Source: Moniliella sp. 'wahieum' (Eukaryota). Taken from it: a stretch of 64,000 nt of DNA. The position numbers and the translations under genes are program-made. Below are positions 42,156 through 54,267 of the stretch, one piece after another. The notes beneath the pieces are model-generated. The model worked only from the letters and a program-made list of their open reading frames with translations. It was not told the origin of the DNA and made no database searches. The first letter of the stretch is position 1. Each line of letters starts with the position of its first letter. The stretch is taken from assembly GCA_003971905.1 (NCBI GenBank), contig RSEE01000035.1, positions 558,001-622,000 of the forward strand. The letters run 5' to 3'.

Positions 42156-44356
42156 TTACGCCAACTTGCGCTCTCCTTCCGCCAAGTTCGAGACTTGGGT
42201 GTGACTCGGAGACGCCGCAACGTCGTTGTGCCCGTGCAGCTTGTCCTCCATGTCAAAGAAATTGGCCAGTTCGTGCTCGAGAAAGTCGCGCTGCTCTGGT
42301 GTCAGAAGGTCTCCATCGTCGCCACCTTCTTGAGTACTGAGCGCCTTCATCGACTCGTAAGCCTGGCGCAACTCGTCAATCTTGGCACGCCGATCCAGGT
42401 CTGGATTGTACGCCCGATGACGCTTTTGCACCACCCGCTCCCAGAGCGAAAGGTGCCGGGGGTGAACGGCAACACCATGGTAATCACCCCACGACCATCA
42501 CGAACGTAGATCCAGTACCGTTCCAGCTCCCGCAAGTCCAGACCGGACGTGTCCGGCACAAACACCCAAGTGGAGATCGCACCCGCTAGAGCAAACCAGG
42601 TCACGATCCAAAACTTGGTGCGCGCACCTACCGAGTTGTACACAATGGTCGGCACCAACGCGCCCAGCTTGCCCCATGCGGCCGAGACTCCGTGGGAGGT
42701 AGCACGGATCGAGGCCGGGTAGCATTCGGCAGCCAGCAAAAAGGTGGTGGTGTTGGGTCCAAATTGATTGAAGAAGCCAATGAGAAAGTAAATTGCCTGG
42801 AACCCCTTGACGCCAGCACCGGGAACGGTAAGGGAAGTGTAAGCGGCAGAGGCAATGAGAAGTAGGACAAAAAGCATGAAAAATCCGTTCAACTGCATCC
42901 ACTTGCGGCCGTAGCTCTTGTGGTCGATCAGCAGGGCACCCAAGTAGTACCCGACCAGACTGACTCCCACATTGATCAGGTTGTACAGCCAAGTGACGCG
43001 AACCGACGAGGTGCCTGTAATGATTTGGATAAAGACACCACTGAAAACCTTGTTGCCGTAAAAGGCAAAGTCATTGGCAAACCACCCAAACGCTGTGCCG
43101 ATCAAGCGGCCATAGTAGTGCGTAATGGCATGCTTGAGCGAAATAACGTCGTAGCCAGCCGTATTGGTACGCTTTTTCGCCGCGCGCACCGCATCGTCCA
43201 TGTGACGAATATGGTAGTAGCGCAAATAGGCCAGATAAAGCGTAAAGAGCGAGATGATACCAAAGGAGACACGGAACGTCCACTGGGTCGACTTGGCATT
43301 GTACCCCGAGTCCCCAAGTCATTGTGGAAGATAAGAATGAGAATAATGAGCATCACTTGGTTCGCCACTTGGCCCCACCCTTGCATCAAAAGGAAAGTGT
43401 CACCCGACGGCCACGGTGCAGACGGTCGCGCTCGCCCGAACCGTGACCGGAAACCGGCTCCATCGCAGTCGTACCTACCACTGGGTATTCGCCCCCAACT
43501 CCAAGACCGTAGACAAATTGGGACCAGGCGTAGCAGATCACCCAGCCATTCAGCGACGTCCCCCACATGGCAGTCAGCATGATCGAGCCCAAAGCCATGA
43601 CCAATGCGTCTTGTACCATGCCAAACTAGATGAAATCCATACCACCACTCTCAGCATGCACGGTCCACATCCACAACAAAACAGAAGCAACAGGGGAGAC
43701 CCTATACAGAATGATATCATACGTACGCGACGACCAATCCAGTCCGCCTCAATGCCCACTCCAATCTGGCCACAAATGATGCCCACGATCTGGAGATAAT
43801 CGGTCGAATGGACCCAGGTCGCATTGCACACCTTGTGTGTCGCCCAGCACTCAGGCCAGACTTCCTTGAAGATCGGGTTGAGGTTGCCGACCGAGAAGAG
43901 GGTGTAGCCCTCGACAAACAGACCCAGTCCCGGCACCGCATAGTTGTTCCAGTACGCACGGAGGGGAGAGAGGGGATCGGCTTTGAACATGGTCCACACC
44001 ATGTTGAGTTCGCGTTTGGCTTCTGCATTGCTTTGTGCATTGATCCACCGTGTCCGCTCGGCCCTGGGCAAATCGGCCCAGTACTCTTTGTGATCGGTAA
44101 ACGAGTCGCGCGGGAAAAGAATGGCGTCGAGTCGGGTAGCTGCCTCTTCCGACAAGGCCGTGGGATTGGTGTCGTACTCGACATGCATACGTTCCTGCGT
44201 CCCGACCGAAGATGACTTATTGGGAATCTTGTGCATCAAATGGACTGGAGTATTACGGCCAAGGAGGAGGTCAGCAGTGCCGCTTCATCGTATCCCTCGG
44301 AGGACCAGATCCGGATGGGAAAGGATGCAAACTCAACGCTCACTCTCTTCCGACAT
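42156..44356 (-). CDS. MFS inorganic phosphate:H+ symporter (Pho84-like); introns 44245-44343 and 43626-43726; frameshifts
   Basis: ADWIGRR, GLGVGGEYP, FLLMQGWG, WFANDFAFYG, FNQFGPNTTTFLLAAECYP and RATSHGVSAAWGKLGA. Confidence 0.88.
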
Positions 44357-45868
44357 GGCGGTGCTGAACGTGTTGATGGGCAAAAAACAAAAGAGCACGA
44401 GGGAGGATATGTCCCTGCATATACTGTTTTAATACCGGGCCACATACACAGATTGAGGAGTGCTTACTGCAGTGCCACGCCGCACAGACACCTGTCTGCT
44501 CCTGCAAAGCGCACGAGAGGAATATGCCCAGCAAAGACAAAGAGGGGGGGGGCAGAACGCGCTACGGCACAGGGCGCGGGGACACAGTGTCGAAACGGGC
44601 AAATGTGTGGGTGGCGGTAAGGGATCCATCAATCAGGCACATGAAAACGGCCGATACTAGGACGCAGACGCAAAGGGGCACACCTGAGGCCTGACTCACG
44701 TCAACGTCAACGTTCAACGGTTGACTTTCCTTGTTGACTCGACGAGGGGAGGGCACGAGCGGTATTGCATCCGTCGCATGAATATGAGGTCAGTCGGAGC
44801 ACACAGCGTGGCATGTGGCGCCCGGCTGGATGTACCGCCTTAGGTACCGCCGCTGTGAATCGGGTGGGGTTACAAGGTACACCGGCAGTTACTAGTTAGT
44901 GCTAGTTGCGCATTACGACCCGAGGCCGAAGCGCTAAGCGCTGCAACGCCGTCAAGCTTCAAGGCGACGGAAGTGCCCGTGCGTTGTGGCCACTTCTTCA
45001 GCTGTCCCGTTCTTGGCAGGGGGATGCGGCACATGTGACGCCCTTGGGGACTGGGGCGGTGCGTTGGGCAATGCTGCATCAGATCTCACATGGCAGCGCA
45101 CCCGCTGCGACGGACCAGCATATCGTTTTGGGGGTACGCAGGGCTACTCGTTTACGCGCGGCACCCTCCTACACCAGCTACGTCCTGCTACCCTCTGCCT
45201 GGCACTTGACAATTGAAGCTCAAGCTCAAGCTCAAGAGAGCGAACGTGCCCTCCACTGGCCTGCGGAAGAGGGCGACACGGGAGCGCGAGGGGGGCTGCA
45301 AGTGCGAGTACGAGAGTACTGCTGCCTATGTACTGTACTGATCGATGATCGATGATCGTCGATCAATGTACACTGTAGCCGGGGATGTAGCTTGCGGCCC
45401 CAGCACTGAAGAGAGGGGGGCACACAGTGGAGATTGATTAATGAAGTCGGCCGATGGTCTCGCCGGTGTCGATGATGGATGATGCAGATGGATGGATGTT
45501 CGACGTCGGACGTTGGATATTCGACAGCTTACTTGTCGTACATAGTCACAATACTCAGGAACACCACTCTGCTGGCAACTCTCGTGCTTGCAAAGTCGAG
45601 CGGAGCATGCAAGACGCCCTTCTTGCAGCCGTACCATGCACGACACGGACGAGGGAAACTGAACATTGAATAACAGGGACTGTACCGCCACATGCGACAG
45701 ACGTGTGGAGTACTGAGTACGTTAAGCTATTTAAGCTATAGCGCTCGCGAAGTTGGTTCTCCAGGCACCGCGTCTGTTGCGGCTTGAATGTGTCAAGCAT
45801 GTCATGCATCATGCATCGTGCAACCCAAGCTTCGCCTAACGGAGAGGCGAGACTACGTGGTTGGTATG

Positions 45869-45878
45869 CCCACGTGCC
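45869..45878. promoter_or_regulatory. Pho4-type E-box (GGCACGTGGG on the minus strand) upstream of the phosphate transporter
   Basis: CCCACGTGCC; matches the GCACGTGGG high-affinity yeast Pho4 site, about 1.5 kb 5' of the transporter ATG. Confidence 0.45.
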
Positions 45879-46337
45879 CTTATATGGATGTTGGCGTTCC
45901 GTTGAACTTCAACGTCTTCAACGTTATTGGACGTTGAGTGCACTGAGTTTTGGTGATTACTTGTCCTCAAGTATCAAGATCAGCCTGATGGATGGTCTAT
46001 GGACAGGGCGAAATGCAGAACACGAATAGGATTCAATATTCACTGCTAGGATTCACTAGCCCATTCGCTCACAAGCTCAGGTGCCAGTGTGGGAAGAGTG
46101 TTGAACTCAACGTTGACTTCAGCCTGAAGAGTCATGCGGTCGTCGGCGGTCACATGTCACAGCCGGAAGTACGGAACACTACTTATTCTGACGTCTGAGC
46201 ATCGGATCCGATGCATCTGACAGGTCTCTCGATGGCGTTGGTGCCGCGGTGCATGATGAGGATATGCATGAGATTGAGAAAACAGCGAACGTAGGTGGTG
46301 CAGCAATAACGAATGAGTGTCTCCTCTCCATCTGCCG

Positions 46338-48593
46338 CTACCTCGCTTCCTGTTTGAGTTCGACTGCCATTGGGCTGGAAGCTCGAGGGGGCGAAGGTGA
46401 CGCACCCGACGCCGGCAAAAACGCCGTGGTGGGCAGGGTTAGCGGAATCGTCTGCTCGGGTCGAGACTTGGCCAACATCTCTGCCGAGGGGGTATACAGC
46501 ACCTCGATGCGCGCGCGGTTGGGGGCCAGAGTACTCGTTCGAGCCACAGTGATGGACGAAGAGGCGAGAATGGGGCTGGTGGACCAGGGAGGTGAGGAAC
46601 CGTCTTTGGCTTTTTGATCCCCCAGTTCCTGCGCACTAGTAAGCACCGAGAGCAACGCACGCAGCGCCTCGTTTTCCTCTCGTGCCGCCACCAACGCCGT
46701 TTCGCGTCGGGCCAAACGCGCTTGGATGCGGTACAGGTATTCGTTCCCGTGCCGCAGCACGGCGGCCTTGGAAATGCCCCGGTTGACCATCCAGGCTTGG
46801 GAGGGGGGGACGAGGTGGTCAGGGTGAAAGCCTTCTGCCTCCTCATCTTCGGGCAGACCATCAGGCGCAAGAAAACTCCCATCCTCCGCTTGCTCGTCCA
46901 GCACGATTGCCGGCAAGTTTTTTCGCAGTTGGTCAAAGGAGTCTTTGAGGCTGTCCCGTCGTCTCTGCTCGGCAAGTTTGTGGGAGGAGCGCGAGAATCG
47001 CACGGGGCAGCCAAAGCAGCTTGTTTCTTCATGGCTTGCGCCGCAGACGCAGAATGGTACGTGATCCGATTGGCTTCGGTCCCCTTTCCCGTCTTGGCTT
47101 TCCCGCGGCGAGGTACCTTGAGGACGAGAGGGGCTGTGAGCGTCGCCTCACTCGTTTCGCAACCAGATATGGAAAGAGAGGAGCGGGCGGTACCTGACCT
47201 CTCTCGTACCACGCTCGCCAATCGTTGAGTGGGCACCAACGCCCCTTCCTCTAGTGGTCCAGGCCGAGCCTCGCTAGGGTCCAATCCACTCTCTGTTGCC
47301 TTGGCGTCATGGGCTGGCTGTAGACCCATTAATGAGGCAGGTGTCACAGGGCTTTGCGTGCACGGCGAGGTGGAGGTAGTAGGACCCAGGGGGTGCCTGT
47401 CCAGCGGGGCTGGAGAAGGAGAGGGCTTGGGTGGGTTGGCGAGAAGAGGTGGGGTGAATGTGACCTGCGGGGCAGCCTGACAGAGAGCTGCTGAAGGAGG
47501 AGAGCATATGACCCAATCTTCCAATTGGATGGGAGACGGACTTGTCGCCCACGTCTCAGCCGGAAGCCAGCTCAGTTCGTCGGTTCCAGAAGAAGCAGGG
47601 GGCAGTACGGTGGCCCCTTCCTCCCCGTCTCTGGTCCGCTTGGCTGCCTCCTTGTCCTTTCCCTCTTGCTGCCCGTACGAGGGTAGAGGAGGCAGAACGG
47701 GCCCACAAGGTGGTTCGGGCGGTACAGGAGAGCACGTGGAAGTGGATGGGAAGCAGGGAGCAGGCCCCCCGCCACCCACGAAGGATTCAGCTGCTACTGC
47801 TGGGGTTGAAGGCGTCGACAAGGACGACGAACCGAATTGGTAAAGGGCAGAGACAGGAGAGCTACCGGTAGCCCTTCCGCGGCGAACATGCGGTGAGAGG
47901 AACAGTTCTTCACGTCGCGGCCGGGATTGGCTTCGCTCTTTCCCTTGCGGGTAGGTCAGAGGAGAAGCACGGCCGCGAAGAAGGAGACGCGACGTGCTTA
48001 CGGCCCGGCGACCCCCGCCGCGAGATGGACCAAGGCCAGAAGGGTATGCAGTAGATGGGGATCGGTGTGTACTCTTCGTTCGCGGCACGAGAGCTGCCCA
48101 CCGGCTTGGTAGACTGCTTGGCACATCCGAGGCAGCAGTCATGGCTGTGTCAGTGTCGGCATCCATGGTTGGTCCTGTGCCTGCGGCCAAGGGGTAGGGA
48201 GTGGCGCAGAGGGATGAGGGAACCGAGTCAGAATAGCTAAACAAGCCAACAGTGGGCTAGAACGGGGTGCCAGGGCCCATGGCGAGTGGGGCGCACTCGC
48301 ACTTCCTATTGCTGGGTGAGGGTGGATTGTAGGAGCAACGGGGGGGTGGCGGGGCCGTGGGGGGGCATCAGGTCCATCTGTTGCAGTGCTTGGTCCAAGG
48401 GTGGGAAATAGGATTGGAGGGGGGCATGCTGTGGGAGGGACGGAGGCTGTGGCGCGGATGGTGATTGCTCGGCTTGTGGAATGCTCGCCATCGTCAGCGA
48501 TGAGAGCATCTGCAGGCCTTGGGCTTGGTCGGCCACATTGGAAGAGGCCAAAAGAGAGATGACAAAGGGAGGCAAAGACGGCAGTGGCTCCAT
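46338..48593 (-). CDS. bHLH transcription factor, basidiomycete Pho4-like; frameshifted, start approximate
   Basis: SSHKLAEQRRRDSLKDSFDQLRKNLP, long loop, then NRGISKAAVLRHGNEYL plus zipper. Long Ser/Pro-rich N-terminal region containing EELFLSP. Confidence 0.8.
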
Positions 48594-49663
48594 CTTTTTT
48601 TTGGATGACAAAACTGGGTGAGGGACTGAAGATGTTGGGACCAAAATGGTTGACGAAGAAGAGAGTGTAGGCGAGATGCGTTCTGTTGTTGGTGCAGTGG
48701 GGTGCAGGGGTGCCCCACACGGGAGTAAGAGAGGAGGCCGGTGGCAGGCCCCACGGGCAACAAATGTGGAGGGTGAGCGCAGAAGAGTCAGGGTCAGGAA
48801 ACAGGAAGCGGTCAGATGAGAGCTGTATGGTCGAGGATGCAGGAGGGTATATCCGAATAGGATAGCGGACTTGGTGTTAGAGTACACATGGTGTGGCCTG
48901 GACAGTCGATTTGTACATACAACACACCTGCCCCCGTACCCAGTATTCAGGAGTGACCACCAGACACTTGCCTGGGGCCTGGCCAACGGAGACAGCCTTG
49001 GTGCCCATGCCCACTGACACGGGCGCTGTGCCGTTGAGGGCACCAGCACCAACTCAGGCATGGCAGGGCATGGCTGGCATTGGCTCGCAGCGCGCAGCGC
49101 CCTGCATTGCATGGGGGCAGGGGCGGGTGCAGGCGAGCAGCTGCGGGCAACCTTCGTCACGCGTCAGTACTCAGTACTCAGTGCCCGGCTGTGCCCTTCT
49201 GCGCCAGTGCGCCACCCGTGGCTTGCGCCGGTGCAAGTCATGCATCACATACCGTGCGTGGGGGATGTGTGGCAGCCAGCCAGCGCGTGACGCGTGAGCG
49301 TGACCCTGCGTGGCAAGCGGCGGTGGCCAATGTGGCACGGGGGCGGCGGGGGGGCAGCCAGAGTGTGCTGCCTGGGCCGCCCAGCGCACCGTCCACCACA
49401 CGCATCCACCGCCTGGCAGCGCGTGCTGCCGATTCAATATTCAATCGATATTCAAGCTTCAAGGTGCATGCAACATTGCAATTGCCACAGCATTTCAAAG
49501 TTACATATCGGCATGGAAATTCGGGCGATGTGCGTCCTGCCCTGAGAGTGAGTGCCATCGGCAACGGGCAGCACGTGACCGCGCCTCGCTCTCCTCGGGT
49601 CGAATGCGGGCTGGCCATCGTCCACGCATCTCTCCGCTTGCCGCTCGCCTCCCTCCCCCCCCC

Positions 49664-50676
49664 ATGGCTCTCCGGCGCGGCGGCGGCATCTCGGCGCTTG
49701 CGCGCGACAGCGCCGCCGAGGCGTCCTACTCGTCGCTCGCTGCCGACGTCAACGCCGCCCAGCTCGCCGAACTGCGCGCCCAGCTCGACTCGTTTGGCTC
49801 GGCCCTCGTCCGCTTTGCCAACGAGCACGGCTCTGACATCCGCGCCTCACCCGACCTGCGCCATGCGTTCCAGAAAATGTGTGCCTCCATCGGCGTCGAC
49901 CCGCTCGCCGCCCCGCCCCGCCCCCTCGTGCCAGTACTAGCTCCTCCATCAGCGCCAGTGCCGCCGGCGCCAGCCTCGGCCGCATCGCCCATGCCGCCCG
50001 CGGCCAGTGGAACGTGTGGGCTGCCGCACTGGGCCTGGGCGACTGGGTGTACGCCCTGGCGGTGCAGGTAGTCGACGTGTGCGTCTCAACGCGCCCTATC
50101 AATGGCGAACTCATTGCCCGTGTCGCCGTCCTGCGCTCGGGAAAGCGCATCACCTCTACCACGCTCGCGCACCCATCGGCTACCTCCCTCGTCCCGACGC
50201 TGCCGAAGCTACCGTCACGGCATCTGATATTCGCCGAGCGATCAAATCACTTGCCCCCCTCGAAACGGGCTATGCGCTGGTTGAAACAGGCGGTACCACC
50301 TTTGTCCGCTCCGTCCCGGCTGAACTGAGCCAGGACTCGGCGATTGTTCTTGGCCTGCTCGCTCGTGCTGCCTTCTTCCGACCCTGCTCCGGCTCCGCGG
50401 GCACCAGGGGAACACCAATTGCCTTGCGATCCACAGGGCCTGCCCTTTGTCACACGGGATGCGCTCGTGCAGGTTTGCCCCGGTGGGACCATGTGGACGA
50501 CCGAGCGCGCCCACGCTGCGCTCGACGGCATGGCGCGCAACGATGGCCTTCTCTGGATCGACCTGCCTACCAGCTCGGGCGATGCAGCGGCAGATGCCGT
50601 CCTTGCACCGGCGACTGCACGCTATTACTCCCTCACAGTGGCCGAGGGCGTCTGGGCCAAGACGTCGCCTACGTGA
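49664..50676 (+). CDS. SNF8: ESCRT-II subunit Vps22/Snf8 (EAP30 family); frameshifts
   Basis: MALRRGGGISAL, FQKMCASIGVDPLA, LGLGDWVYALAVQVVDVCVSTRPING, DIRRAIKSL, VRSVPAELSQD and GLLWID. Confidence 0.92.
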
Positions 50677-51122
50677 TGGCGGGGGGGCGGGTCTTTAGTG
50701 AATGGTGGGGGCGAACCGAACGACTGTATTGTATTTCGATGTACACGTATTTTTCTCTGCTCATCTTTTTCTGCCTCATCGCCCATCCTGCAGGCAGCAA
50801 TGGTCAAGGCGGTGATGGTGATGGTGGTGGGGATGGCAGTGGCAGTAGGGGCGGGCAAGCGTAGGCGGCAAAGGGCTCCAACTGCCAGCACCAGTTTGGC
50901 TGCCCGAGGGGCTGTGTAATCTAACGCCACTGGCCGCAATCTGCTGCCAATAACTGCGCAGCGGCGCCCGCAGCTTTCACAGCAATTGTGCTTTCAATTT
51001 ATTGAGGCTCCGCTAGTCGCTTGGCATCGGCCCGCTCCCAATCAAAATCAGTAGCGCCGCAGCCTCCTATCCATCCCCATCCCCATCCCCATCGCCACCC
51101 TCGCGATCCCCCCTTTCTCTTG

Positions 51123-53846
51123 ATGAGTTCGCGCACCCCCACGTCCCCCTCCCCACCCCTCTCAGTACCGCCACTGGGCCTCCAGCGCCCCCTCCTGCTG
51201 CGGCGGCTGACGCCAACGCGAACGAATTCCCGGACGATCTGATTTTCCCTTCGGCGACGGCGACTCATCTCACAGGGCTTGGGACCTGGCATGGCCCCTC
51301 TCTCGCTGACTTGCACGCTGCCGGTGCGGATGTGGCGGGTGGAATGGGCACATGGGGTCTAGCCCGGCTCCGCACTGCGCTGACGGGAACAGGGGTGGAC
51401 ACGTTGGCTGACTTGGTTGCGCCGGGCTGGCTGCCTCCTGCGACCGCCGACGGGGCCGAGGCGGCGCGGATGGGCGCGGACGAGGTGGCGGAGTGGGCGG
51501 CCCAAGCGCGATCCAGTGTGCTGAGCGACTTTGCTTCGATCACTGCTGTGGCACGCGACGGCGTGCATGCCGCGCTCACCCACCCGGTTGCCGCAGCCTT
51601 GGGTGCCTCCTCGGTCGTTCCCGCCCCCATTGCCACCTGGGCCCACGTCGATGCGTCGGGTCGAGCAATGATCGTACCCCCTTCCCATCCGTCGCAAGAA
51701 GAACAGGCCTCGATGGCCTACGACCCGCAACGCATCGCCTTGGCCCAATGGGCTTCTCGCCTCGCTGCGGCTGCGGACCAAGCGCGACAAGACACGGATA
51801 CGCCCCAAGTTCGTCGCAGCTCGGCTGCCAGCTCGGGTTGGCGGTTGCCTTGGGACCGCGCGGCGCGCCCCGTCCCCATTGCTCTTTCCGAATGGAAGGC
51901 TTGGATGAACGAGGCGGGACAGTTGGACGCAGCCATGATCCCCACGCTGGCACCGCCATCTGTACCTGTTCCCCCGTCCTCCTCGTCCTCTGACCCTGCT
52001 ATTGCACTAGGCCAGGCTGTGCGGGCGCAAATTTTCTCGCGCGGCGTGGCCCGCGACGCGCGCCATGCCATCTGGCCTTTCCTGTTGGGCGTGTACCCGT
52101 GGGATAGCACCTTGGCCCACCGCCAGTTGCTTCTCACGCAGCTTCAGACCGAGTACACTGACTGGTCCGCCGTGCTGAGGCCCTGCTGCGCTACCAAAAG
52201 CACAAGGCCTCCCTCCGACCCCGACCCCGGTTCCGATCCCGTTCCCGGTCTCGATTCCGGTCCTGATCCTGACCCCGATTCACACCCTCCACCTCAGGCT
52301 GCCCCCGCCCCCCCCGATTCGTCGGGGGAGATTACTTACCCTACTCTTCGTCCTCTTCGTGCTGTTCTTTGGAGTCAATACTGATCTCGACGTGGACGTT
52401 CGCGAGGAACGGCGGCGGATCCGGCTCGACTCGGAACGCACCGATCGAGAACACATCCTTTTCCGCGTACCCAGCACTCCGCTTCGTTCGGTGCCTGACC
52501 ACGCGACAACGGCAGCGGATGAGGGGGAGGGGGAGGAGGATGCTGTGGAAGATGGCCCTCCTCCCACTAACATCCACATTGCTGCCCTCAACTCCATCCT
52601 CCTCGCCCTCGTCTTCTGGGACACTCGCGCCACCGCACTTGCAGAGCAGAAGCCTCAGGACCCCGCTGTCTCCGCCTACCTCGCCTCTTGTCCCGCCTCC
52701 GCCTCCGCCTCTGCCTCCGCCTCCACCTCGACCGACGTGCCCGCCAAGTTGGGCGGCTATGCACAGGGCATTTCCGACATCTGTGCCGTCCTTTACGGCT
52801 CTCTTTTCCCTTTGGCAGATCGGCGTGGGAATGGGAACGGGAATGGGAATGGGAATGGGAATGGGAGCGAGAACGAGGAAGTGCCACCGCGTTCGCTGGC
52901 CGTCGAAGCACTCACGTTTGGCTGCTTGCGCGCGCTCTTGACTTGCTTTGGATGGAGCGCGCCGTTCCGCCGGGACCAAAAGGCCATGACGGCCGCACTG
53001 GCTTCGTTGCGCGGCATGCTGCGCACCTGCGCCCCCGACACGTATCGCCAGCTTATTCGTCTCGAGGCGGACAACTTGTTCTTTGCTTATCGGTACGTTT
53101 CCCCCCACTCCCAGTATGAATCCGAATCCGAATCCGAATCCCAATCCCAATCCGAGCCGTCGTCCCTACGCCCCGTCGCGCCGAATCCGAACGTACTGAC
53201 CTTTCCCTTCCCTTTTCTCTTATCTTTTCTTATCTTATCTTTTCTTATTTTCTCTTTGTCTCTGACTTCTGGCTTGGCTCGTTGTTCCCTTCGCGCGTGC
53301 AGCTGGCTGCTGGTCACCTTCAAGCGCGAGTTGGAGTTGGAAGATACGTGCCGGGTGTGGGAGGCGATCTGGGCCGCAGATAGCGAGCTGGCTGCGGCTG
53401 TCGCGCTCGGTCGTGCCAACCGAGAGGCAGAGACCGATGCCACGGCAACGGCCAAGGCCAACGCGGATGCTGATCGGCACCGGGCCGCGTTGCAGCAAGG
53501 ACCAGGTACGCCAGCCAGCTTCAGCTTAGTCTTGGCCTTTGCGTTGATCGTACGCGAAACGTTAGCCTTGGCTCAGCTCCAAGTGTTTGACGAGGCATTG
53601 CATTACTTTAACTCGCTTGCTCCGCCGGCCGGCACGGCAGCGGCCAATCATCCTTCTGCCTCTGCCTCTGCCTCTGCCTCTGCTCCTGCCTCGGACTTGG
53701 CGTCGGGGTCCGGGCCGGAATCCGGTACCGAACCAACCCGTACCACTGCCGTCGGGGACAACTTGCTCTTTCGTGCGGCACGGGCTGCTCGCGACCTCCC
53801 CGGACTCTGGCCACCCCCGCCTGTCAGCTTTCCAACGCGGCCGTGA
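51123..53846 (+). CDS. TBC-domain Rab GTPase-activating protein (Gyp7-like); intron 53093-53302; frameshifts
   Basis: IFSRG...IWPFLLGVYPWDST, arginine-finger motif IRLDSERTDR, glutamine-finger motif GYAQGISD and LFFAYR-WLLVTFKRE...RVWEAIW. Confidence 0.88.
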
Positions 53847-54267
53847 GGCGCGCGGTGCAGGCCGTGGCGCGGGAGAGGGCTGCGTTGGAGGCACTGTATT
53901 GCTGAAATGATATATCAGAATGCCGAGGGCGCGGACGAGGATGAAGAGGATGGAGCTTGAAGAAACAACTGCACCTAGGCTCTTGTAGTGCGGCAGTGGT
54001 GCTTCCTCTCTCGCCATGTGTCGGTGCTTCCTCCTTTCGGCCCCTTCCCCATTGGCCTCTCCGCGCATTCATTATTCGTGCTTCCATCGCTCGTGACCTC
54101 TACGCCTTTCCCTCCTTCCACTTCCGCGTTGCCCTTTAGTTATACTATCGCATGGACAGCCTTGCGCTTCTCCGCCTTTTGGACTACAACCTAGTAGTCT
54201 CCTACAGCCGCCGACAGACAGTACAGGCATACCATTATGGGGGTGGGGGAGGGTGAGGAACAGCGTC

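Noticed and set aside
11416..53846. Endosomal or pH-signalling gene cluster (LSB5, PalI, SNF8, TBC GAP)
   Set aside because: The genes are spread over 40 kb among unrelated housekeeping genes, compatible with chance.
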